From an uncultured archaeon (GTDB taxonomy: Archaea; Thermoproteota; Nitrososphaeria; Nitrososphaerales; Gagatemarchaeaceae), in contig CAWFOU010000001.1 in NCBI GenBank assembly GCA_963817525.1, forward strand, positions 416,001 through 480,000: DNA of 64,000 bases, in the 5' to 3' direction. Each line of letters starts with the position of its first letter. Position 1 is the first letter of the stretch. The notes beneath the pieces were generated by a model, which was not told the DNA's origin, ran no database searches, and worked only from the letters and a program-made list of their open reading frames with translations. Below, one piece after another: positions 1-10,600 of the stretch. A program made the translations under genes and the position numbers.

Positions 1-1087
1 TGAGGACGCAGGGGGTGGCGTGGTCGCAAGAGACCGCGAGCGTCGTCCCGTCGGCGGGCATCTCCCTTATCGCGCCGAAGAACTCCTTGTCGATTGTCTC
101 GATGTTCTTCCTCTTCCCCGGGGCGTCGCCGTCGTGCCCGAACTCGTCAGGGCCCTTGATGTGCGCGTAGACCACAGTACCCTCTCTCGCCTCCCTCTTG
201 AACAGCTTCGCCTTGCCAGCGAGGTCTGCAGGGTCGTCCACCTTCACCATCGTCATCTTGAGCAGCATTGCGATCCCTACCTCCGCGGGCATCTCCACCA
301 GGGCGACTCCCCTGTAGTGGTGCTTCTCCTCGAACGACGGGAGCTTGGGTATCGAGGACCCCGCATCCCTGAATAGCAGCATGTTCGCAGCTTTCTTCCC
401 CACCCTCCTCCTCTCCTGGTTCACCTTGGCCTCGTCGAGGATCTTCATCGCCTGGGTGGAGAACGCGTTCACCAGCTCCGCGGCCCTCTTTGCTGCCCCG
501 CTCTTGTCGAGGGGCTTGCACCTCTGGATGACCTCCACGTCTTTCGCCTTGGTCGCGGCTCCGAACCCCTTCACCCTGATGTATCCGGGGTCGGTGTTAG
601 AGATCTCCGCAGAGAGGGGCGTGTTCGCCCTTATCACCAAGACAGCCCTGTGGCCTATCGTGCTCCTAAACTCGAACTCGGCGTCGGGGAGCCTCACCTT
701 CTCCAGCTCCTCCTGCAGGGTCTGCGAGTCGTAGGGCGTCATGTCCCTCCCGGCGCGCCTGTCTGTGATCTTCCCGCCCGAGGTGGTCGCGAAGTTCGCC
801 CTGAGCGCAAGGTCCCCGTCCTTCACCTCTAACCCGGCGCCGATGGACTCGACGACGCCCCTGCCTGGGTATCCCTTGTCGAACGAGTACCCCAGCATGT
901 TGAAGACCGCGATGTCTGACTCAGGAGATATCCCCCTGCCGACCGTGATGACCCTACCCAGCCTCCCCTTGCGCGCTATGCTGTCGAGGTTGGGGGTGTT
1001 CGCCACCTCGAGGGGGGTCGAGTAGTTGAGGGAGGGGACGGACCTGTCGCTGCTGCCGTCGAGTAGGATGTAGCCTACCTTCTTCAC
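1..1087 (-). CDS. apgM: 2,3-bisphosphoglycerate-independent phosphoglycerate mutase, archaeal type (3' end runs off window)
   Basis: Not in ORF track; manual translation from GTG at 1087: MKKVGYILLDGSSDRS...TPLEVANTPNLD...PESDIA...GRGVVE...ALRANFAT...HIKGPDEFGHDGD...DHATP, typical ApgM motifs. Confidence 0.9.
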   Translation of the reverse strand, partial: MKKVGYILLDGSSDRSVPSLNYSTPLEVANTPNLDSIARKGRLGRVITVGRGISPESDIAVFNMLGYSFDKGYPGRGVVESIGAGLEVKDGDLALRANFATTSGGKITDRRAGRDMTPYDSQTLQEELEKVRLPDAEFEFRSTIGHRAVLVIRANTPLSAEISNTDPGYIRVKGFGAATKAKDVEVIQRCKPLDKSGAAKRAAELVNAFSTQAMKILDEAKVNQERRRVGKKAANMLLFRDAGSSIPKLPSFEEKHHYRGVALVEMPAEVGIAMLLKMTMVKVDDPADLAGKAKLFKREAREGTVVYAHIKGPDEFGHDGDAPGKRKNIETIDKEFFGAIREMPADGTTLAVSCDHATPCVL

Positions 1088-1664
1088 TTCAGATTCGCAC
1101 CCGTCGAAGTCTTCCGTTCAATGACCGTGCCTGCCTTTCGCGGCGTATTTATGCCGAATAAAACCTTGCATCGTCCAGGGTTGGGCTCGGAATCGAGCGG
1201 ACGAGCGCCGGGCGGGGTCCAGCATTGGCGGACGAGCGAAAACTGCCATCGAAAGGCAAAATGACGCTCCCCGCAGCCCCCATTTCGCGGATTGGCCTAA
1301 TTTGGCGCGTGTTTGCCGATTTCGTGAACCCGTGGCCAATTCTATATGTTTAAAGTGCATTTGGCTTTTATTCGGCTTTTCGAGCGGTCTATCCAGGTGT
1401 TTCTGAGACGTCGACGGCAAAGGGGCGGAGCCACGGTCAGTCATGGGAAACGGAGGAGCTTTGACCTGGCCCTCGGACTATGTGCGAGTTTGTCGTAAGA
1501 CAAGCTGCTTAGTCGTCCCGGAAAGTCTCTCCCAGACTCTCGGTTTCATCAAAGATAAAGGTCGGCGAGCCCGGCGTAGCACTCTCCTAGGCGAGGGTAC
1601 GGAGACAGTCACGAACCTTGGCGGCTCCAGGACGTGCCCATGCACCTTCGAGTTGAAAATATAG

Positions 1665-4600
1665 ATGCGCACCCATGTCACGCGGTCCGGACTCGTCAAG
1701 ATGGCCGTTCTATGCGCCATCCTCTTCGTTCTGCCGAGTCTGTTCCCAGGGCCGCTCGCCGGTGCCACCTTGGCGGCACCTGCCGCCGCCGCGCAAGCCG
1801 CGAACTCCCAGGTTCCGGAAGCCACGAGCGCAGGTCATGGTCCCAGCCCAACTCTCGCGCGGACCGAAGCGCCACCGGCTTCCCCTCGCGTCGCAGACGC
1901 AAGTGCACCCGCGACGGACTACGGTCAGTCCTCGGGGGACCCGATTTACTATTTCACCACCACAGCCGCGTCTGGCAAGCTGTACGACATGAAGACGACC
2001 GGAGTGGCGGGTGCAACCACCATACAGGACCTAGTCCCCTCAGTGGACGGCACTCCGGGGTCGGGGACCACCACGACCGCTTCTCTCTCAATCGGGTCGT
2101 TCGCGACCACAAGTTATCCGGACGTCGTCATCTTGTGGGTCGTCACATATCTATCAGGTTCGTCTGTAACGGTCTCAACGTCAACACCCCCCGCGGCGAC
2201 GGGGGTGACATTCCAGAGTACCCCCAGGGCGAGCCTCGTCTCTTGCTCCTCTACCGGGGCTGACGAGACAACCGAGACCGAATGGTGGGGCACGACGACC
2301 GCTGCGATCACCTCAGAGTCTGTAGCGGTAACGCTGAGCGCGGCTCCTATTCACGCGATCGGGTATGCGATAGCCTTCAAGGGTGTGGACGTCGCGTCTC
2401 CCTTCGACTCGCACACGGGCCTTCCCGCCACCGGGGTGTCCGCGACCTGCGGAACGGCCGCAGACCCGACGGCGACCGGACTGGAGACTTCCAACAGCGA
2501 CGACTTGATCGTCAACTTCTTCGGGGGAAACACGGCGGCTGAGACCTCTGGGACGATCGCCGGTTCGACCGCCACATCGATTGACGATGCCTCTCACGCT
2601 GACTACTCAATTGCGGCTGAATCGCTAGTGATGACTAGCGCGGAGTCATCGTCCCAATCCTGCGTCTTCAGTGCGGCGACCTCGACTTTCTTTGGGGACG
2701 TCTGTGACGCCTTGGTCGCCGCGCCCACGCCAACCTACGCTGTAGTCCCAGACGCCACCACCTCGGTCATCGGGGCGCCATCCGAATCGACGCCTTCGAA
2801 CGACGGGTGGGAGACGACCACGTTGAGCGGTGCGTCCATCCTCAGCAGCCCATGGACCTTCGACCTGACCACCACCGCGAGCGCTGCATCCGGGACCGCT
2901 TACGTTTGGGTAACCGTATGGAATTGCACGTCGAGCTCTGGCGGTTGCACCTTCCTCTTCAAGAACTATGATAACTCGACGAACATCTTGGCCACCACGG
3001 CCCTCACCACGAACTCCTATACCACGGGAACTGAAGGGCCTTTCTATAACGTTGATTTTCTGCGCGTCGAATTCTGGATAGTCTACGCCAGCGTAGGCAC
3101 GTCCACAGCGTCGACGATCACAGAGACATCGGCCGTCTCATCAGACTCTGAGGTCGTGGTCCCGACGCTCGGAGCCTCCTGGCCGATCACAGTCGCGACT
3201 CCCACCGGAGGGGCGGCATTCCCCTACACCATGAGCGGGTGCACCGTGTCCCCAACCTCGGGGACCTCCGGTTCCACGCCAACGGACTTTACCGCGAGCG
3301 CCTCGTGCGCCCTCACCATGACGATGCCCACGGCGGGTTCCAATACGCGGTACGTCTTCGCCTCGAGCGCATCTACGTACTCCACCGTGGCCACCTGCAC
3401 GACGCTTTGCACCAACCCGTCGCCTTCTGACTACTACCAGCTTGGCAACACCTTCGAGATATCGGCTAACGCCCAGACTGACTTTGACACAGGGATGACC
3501 GCCCTGACGATCAAGGGGACGGTGGATGGGGTCGCGAGCACTACGATCTGCACCATCACGGTCACCGCGGCGACGAGCGACAATTGCAGCACGAACCCCG
3601 CGTGGTCTGATTATGACACGGCAGTGACTGGCTTTACGAACCCGATCTCTGGGGCGCCCGCGCATTCTCAGTGGGAAGCGTCTACCACGTGCACCTACAC
3701 GTTTACATCCTATAGCACGGGTGATTGTCAGTACTACAAGCAGTGGGAGTTCGAACTCTACTATACGATCGAGGACGCTGGCACAGGCTACTCGCCACCG
3801 GTGCTCACCTCCACCCAGTACGGCTCATCGTACACCCCATCTCTGGGCACGACCAGTGGCACCGCGTACTGGCTGGACAACGGCGCGACTTGGGGCATAA
3901 CCAACCCCCTCAGCGGGTCAACAGGGACCGAGCAATGGGATAGTGATACCATAACCTCCTTCTCGGGGACTGTTTCGTCCACATCGCCCATCACGGCAGG
4001 CACTACGGCCAAGGACCTCCTCTATTACAACCAATACCCCCAGACTCTGAGCTACTCGGTCGTCGATGGAGGCGCACCGTCCGCTCCGACTGCCACGGGC
4101 ACTTCTCTCGGAGCGGCGTATGCGCCCACGCTGACCCAGACCGCCATGGCGTATTGGTTCGATGCCTCCGGCTCCATCGCGTTCAGCACGCCGACCGGCA
4201 CCAACGAGCAGTGGGCGCCAAGCCCGCCGAGCGTGTCCGCGACCTCTTCGAACACCCAGGTCGTGGGCATGTACAACCAGTACAAGCACACCCTTTCGTA
4301 CGCGGTCGTCGACGGAGGTTCGCCCAGCGCCTCTACGGCCTCGGGCACGTCGCTCGGCAGCTCCTACATTCCGACCCTCACCACGACCGCCACGGCGTAT
4401 TGGTTCGACGTTTCAGGCTCTATCACAGTCAGCACGCCGACCAACGGGGCGAGCGAAAGGTGGTCCCCGTCTCCTAGCAGCGTCTCAGCGACTACATCGA
4501 ATACTCAGGTCTTCAGCCTATACAACCAGTACTCCCAGATCCTCTCGTACAACGTGAACGACGGAGGGTCGGGGTACAGCGCCCCCTCTACACTCGGAGG

Positions 4601-7600
4601 GTTGCAGCTCGGCTCGTCCTATTCACCCACGCTCTCCACTACCTCCGCGGGATACTGGTTCGACGCCACTGGGACGCTCACGTTCGCCACTCCCTTGAGC
4701 TGCGCCGGAGGGTGTCCGACTGGTGAAAGATGGTCGGAGAACTCCGCGTCGATATCCCCGACCTCAGCAAATACTCAGGCGGTCCAATACTACAACCAGT
4801 ACGAGCCGAACGTCTCCTATCTAGAAGAGAATGGCGGCACCCCGACCGGGAACGCCCTGGTCCTGTCCTGCTCCTCCTTCGGCTCTGGCACTACCCACAC
4901 GCTGACCACCACCCCCACAGGAGAGTGGATCGACGCGGCCTCCTACACGGTGGGTGACCACTACATCTCGTCGACTGAGAGGTATTCGCAGAACCAGAAC
5001 GGGACACTCTCCAGCCCCACTGCCCTAGTCTTCGACGTCTACCATCAGTTCGCCGCGGCGTCCTCCTATTCGGGTTCCGTCGGCCCTGGAGGAGCTCCCT
5101 CGCTTTCAGGAACCACGTTCGGGTCAGGCGGCTCCGCTACACTCCTGACCATGTCCGCGACTCCGATCTGGCTAGACTCCGGGAGCAGCTACTCGGTCAC
5201 GAAGCCATCCGCCGACTTCCCCTCTCTAACCGAAAGATATGAGACCAACTTCGCCAACGGGACGATCACCTCAGCTGTCACAGTCGACCCGGTCTTCTAC
5301 CACCAGTTCGACGTCCCCGTGAGTTATTCGACGTCGGATGAGTCCGCGATACCTGGGGCGGACGGCTCGGTCACTCTGACGGCAGTCCAGTTCGGCGGGC
5401 CTGTAGCGCCGGTCGTCACCGCCACCATCACGGGGTACTGGCTCGACGCGGGTTCTAGTTGGACGCTGGCTCCGAACGTGCTCCCTGCCTCTCCTAGCGG
5501 CGAGAGATGGGACGCCAATGACATCGGCCTGACGGGGAGCGTATCATCATCCACGGTCGTCGAACCCGAATACCTACACCAGTTCCTGCTGACCGTCACG
5601 GGGGGCGACGACATCGGATATGGAACGGCCTCGCAGACCTCAGACGATTGGTACGACGCTGGCAGCAGCACCACGGTCTCGTCCAACTGGGTGTGGAACA
5701 CCGTGTCGGGACAATCGAGATCGGCGATCACGAACTACCAAATCGATGGCGTCGGCCAGTACCCCACGAGGGCGGACTTGGGGACGCTCACCTCGGCCTC
5801 GGTCACGTTCAACGCCGCACACACCGTTGCTTTCCTCTCGACCACCCAATACTACCTGACGGTCGACGGGGGCAACGGAATCTCTTACGGGACTCCCTCG
5901 GCTACGGGGGACGACTGGTACGACTCGGGCACCTCCACGACCGTCTCGTCGAACGGGGTCTACGGAAGGGCGTCGGGAACCGGGCAGCGCGTGTCCTCTT
6001 GGAACGTGGACGGCGCGTCGGACACAATAGTCGCGGCGACGGGGATCGTGACCACATCAGCAGTCACCATGAGCACTTACCACACCGTCAACTTCAACTC
6101 GGTGACCCAGTACTTCCTGACTGACAACGACCCCTCCGGGTCAGAAAGCAGCATCACTCTTCCATCCATCTCGGGAGACACCGGCTGGTACGACTCGGGC
6201 ACCTCCGTGACAATAGTCCTGAACAACGTCTACGGGCTCGTCGCGGACTCTTCGCGCAACGACCTGGTCTCCTACACCCAGGTCGGGAGCACCACACCGG
6301 TGACTAGGTCGGGGTCGGGGACGGCCACGGAGCCCACGATAGACATGACCGAGCCGACGACGGTCTCGGCCGACTACGTGGTCCAGTACTACCTCGCGAT
6401 ATCAACCGACTGCTTCAACGCGGAGGTCTCCGCGACCTCGCCGACCGGCGACAGCTGGTATGACTCGGGGACTTCGCTCGATGTGCAGTGCAGCGGGATA
6501 GGCAGTCGGTCCGACGGGACGGGCAAGAGGGCGCAGGACTACTATTGGGACTCTAGCTCGACGACCACCGAGGCGACGACTGGCACCTATACCACCTCCT
6601 CCGTCACCATGAACTCCGCTCACACGCTCAGCGTCGACGCAGCCGTGCAGTTCCAGGTCTCGTTCGCCGCCAGCCCCATCGAGGGAGGAAGCGCCTCCAC
6701 GAGCACCGCCCCTCCCATCAGCGGAGACGCTGGCTGGTATGACTCGGGTACCGTAATCTCGATAGCCGCCGACCCCAGCATCTTCTGGTCGTTCTCCTCA
6801 TGGAGCGCGAGCACCGGGTCGATAGCCCTCGCTTCCACCAGCGCCGAGCCGACGACGGCCACGATCAGCGGAACTGGGACGATAACGGGCGACTTCACGG
6901 TCACTATCCTGCTCTCGGCGGGCAGCGTCACGCCGGCTTCTCCGACCATCGACCAAGGCCAGTCGATAACCCTCACCGCCAACCCATCCGGGGGGACCAA
7001 CTCATACACCGCCTACCAGTGGTACACGGCCTCCGGATGCAGCATCCCGATCTCTGGGGCCACCTCAGCGACCTACGCCGCAGCGCCTTCGACATCCACG
7101 ACGTACTACTATGAGGTGACTGACTTGTCACTTGCGTCGGCCTGCTCTGCCGGCGACACGGTTACAGTTGACCAGGCTCCCACTGTCTCGATCTCGCCCA
7201 CTTCGGTGACCATCGACGAGGGACAATCCGTCGAGATAACCGCGACGCCCTCGCAAGGGACGGGGAGCTTCGCTTACTCCTGGTCCGCGGCCTCGGGAAG
7301 CTGTCCTGGCTTCTCAGACTCGGCGGCCGCGACGCTCACATACGACCCGAGTCGCACCTCCTCCAACTGCGTGCTGAAGGTGACGCTGAGCGACACCGGC
7401 ACGAGCGGCGGAGCCACGCCGACGGTGACCGCAACGCCGTCTATAGACTCGGCGATCACTGTCGACCCCGCGCTCTCGCTCTACGTTTCCCCCGAGACGA
7501 TCGACTCAGGCCAGACTGCCACCCTCACGGCCATCGCGACTGGAGGCTCCGGCTCGTACGCCACGTTCTCGTGGTACTCGGGCACCAGCTGCACGGGTAC

Positions 7601-10600
7601 GCCGCTCCAGACGGGGGCCTCGGACGTGTTTCTGACCACGACCTTGACTCTGACGACCGGCTACTGCGCAACTGTTGCTGACTCCGTAGGCGGCATGGAC
7701 ACCACGACGGTGACGGTTACGGTGAGCCCGGCGCTGTCGATTACGGTCTCACCAGTATCCGTCGACTCGGGTCAGGCGGCCACGCTGACCGGCGCCGCGT
7801 CCGGCGGCTCGGGAGCATATTCGGAATACGACTGGTACTCCGGAAGCGCATGCACTGGGACGCCCCTTCAGTCCGCCTCGTCAGACTCATACACCACCGC
7901 CTCCCTTACGTCCACGACGACCTTCTGCGTGCAGGTCACTGACTCGCGCGCGGGCGTCGGCACGACCACCGTCACGGTCACCGTCAACCCCGCCCTCTCG
8001 GTCTCGGTCGCCCCGACGTCGGTCGACTCGGGTCGGACTGCCACCTTGACCGCCGTTGCGACGGGCGGGTCGGGCTCGTACGCGCTCTACACCTGGTACT
8101 CGGGCGGGGCCTGCAGCGGGGCAGCCCTCAGGTCGGGCGCATCCGACTCGTACACGACCGCGTCTCTTGCCGCGGACGCCACCTTCTGCGTCGCGGCCAC
8201 TGACTCGCTCGGAGGCACCGCGACGACCACGGTGGCCATCACAATCAACCCGACCCTCTCGGTCTCGGTCTCCCCCGCCACCATCGACCAAGGGCAGACC
8301 GCGTCTCTCTCGTCGGACGCCTCCGGCGGATCCGGCTCGTATTCGACCTTCGCCTGGTACCTTGGCGACAGCTGCACGGGCAGCCCACTCCAGTCGGCGG
8401 CTTCCGCCTCCTTCACGACAGCCTCGCTCTCCACCAACACAGGCTACTGCGTCCAGGTCACCGACTCCTTGGGCGGAACCGCCACCACCTCCGTCACGGT
8501 GACGGTCAACCCAGCGCTGTCAGTCTCGGTGTCCCCGGTCACCGTCGACTTCAACCAAACCGCCGCCTTGACGGCGGTGGCCTCGGGCGGCTCTGGCTCC
8601 TATACAATCTTCGCCTGGTACCTCGGGGACACCTGCACGGGGACTCCGGCCCAGTCGGCGGCGTCGAGCGCCTACACGACCCCGTTGCTGACGGCAACCA
8701 CCGGATATTGCGTGGCTGTGATCGACTCGCTCGGCGGTACCGCCACCACCACAATCTCCGTGACTGTCAGCGGGGTGCTCTCGGACTCGGTCTCCCCGGT
8801 CACCGTCGACTCCGGCCAGGCGGCGACCCTCACAGCAACCGCGTCCGGCGGGTCCGGATCCTACGTCGAATACGACTGGTACCTGGGAGGCAGCTGCATA
8901 GGCACCCCGCTCCAGTCGAGCGCCTCCGCCGCGTATACCACGCCTGCGCTGTCGTCCACGACGGAGTACTGCGTCGTTGTGACCGACTCCCTGGGAAGCG
9001 ACGCGACGACAATGGTCACCGTTACCGTGAACGCCCCGCTCTCCGTCTCGGTCTCGCGAGTGTCGGTCGACTCAGGCCAGAGCGCCTCGCTGGCGGCCGT
9101 CCCATCCCAAGGGTCAGGCTCGTATGTCTCGTATGCGTGGTATTCGGGCGCCATCTGCACCGGAACCCCGCTCCAGGCGGGCTCGTCGAGCTCCTACGCC
9201 ACTGCGCCGCTCACCTCCAACACGGGCTTTTGCGTCACGCTCACGGACTCTCTGGGCGGCACCGCGACGGCCACCGTTACAGTCAACATCAACCCCGCCC
9301 TGTCCGTCTCCGTCGCGCCGGTGTCCATCGACTCGGGTCAGACGGCGTCCCTGGTGGCAGCGGCGACGGGGGGTTCCGGCTCCTACTCTTCGTACGCTTG
9401 GTACGCCGGGGACACCTGCACCGGGTCTCCGCTCCAATCGGCGACATCGGATTCGTTCACGACGGCCGCACTGACGTCCGGAACCGACTACTGCGTCATG
9501 CCCACAGACTCCCTTGGCGGGACGGCCGCCGCGACGGTGACGGTGTCGGTGAACCCATCCATCTCAGTCACCGTCTCTCCGGTGACGGTCGACTTTGGGC
9601 AGGCGGCCACCTTGACCGCCGTTGCGACTGGCGGGTCGGGCTCGTACGCGCTCTACACCTGGTACTCGGGCGGGGCCTGCAGCGGAACCCCTCTTCGGTC
9701 TTCGTCCTCCCCGTCCTTCGGCACGGGGGGCCTTTCGACGGCCTCGGTCTACTGCGTCAGGGTGACCGACTCCGTCGGTGGGGTCGCGACGACGACCGCG
9801 GCTGTGAGCGTCGACCCCGCGCTCGTGGCTCCTGCAATCTCGGCCTCGGCATCAACCATCAACTCCGGCGAGGGCGCGACGCTTTCGACGGTCTCGTCAT
9901 TCAGCGCCGGCACATCGCCCTACACCTGCCAGTGGCTGGTCGAAGCCCCAGGCGGGGCCTACGTCAGCCTGGGATCCTCTTTCACCTGCGACGCGGGCGA
10001 CCTACCCACCACATCCACAGGCGCCCTCGCGACCGTCGGGACGTGGTCGTTCGAGCTCATGGTGACGGACGGGTCTGGGGCGACCGCGAACTCCGGGCCC
10101 GCCATGATAGCGGTAACCCCGCCGCCGAACGCCTCTTCGGTGTACGTCGCGTGCGCCCCATCGGTTGTCGCCCCAGGTATGTCGGTCGACTGCACAGCCA
10201 CCGTCAGCGGAGCCTCTCCGACGGGGACGGCGTCGTTCGCCGCGACGGCAGGCGCCTTCGCCACATCCTCGACATGCACGCTAGAATCAGGGAGCTGCTC
10301 GGTGACCTTCAAAGCCCCTACCACCGCGGGGAGCATAACAATCACAGGGTCATACTCCGGGGACCTGGACAACGCGGCCAGCTCCGGCTCATACTCAGTG
10401 TACGTGCCCGTGTTCACCATTGCCGTGCCCGGCGGCAGCTCGGGCGCCTCGACAAGCGGTCCCACGGGCTCGCCGATAGCGATGAGCGGTTCGGGATTCG
10501 CCGCTTCCACGGACTACTATTACTGCTTCGAGGGGGGCGTTTCGAGCCCGTCGGCTTGCACCTCAAACGAATACCAGTTCACGACTGACTCGTCCGGCGC

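Noticed and set aside
8040-9685. DGR template/variable repeat pair
   Set aside because: The single mismatch is G/T rather than adenine-specific, both copies are in-register repeat units, and there is no reverse transcriptase in the window
8708-10588. 626-aa alternative-frame ORF and many other long overlapping or antisense ORFs (e.g. 56768..58276, 44126..45256)
   Set aside because: Arg/Gly/His-rich shadow ORFs expected from high GC3 codon bias; each overlaps a clearly identifiable gene
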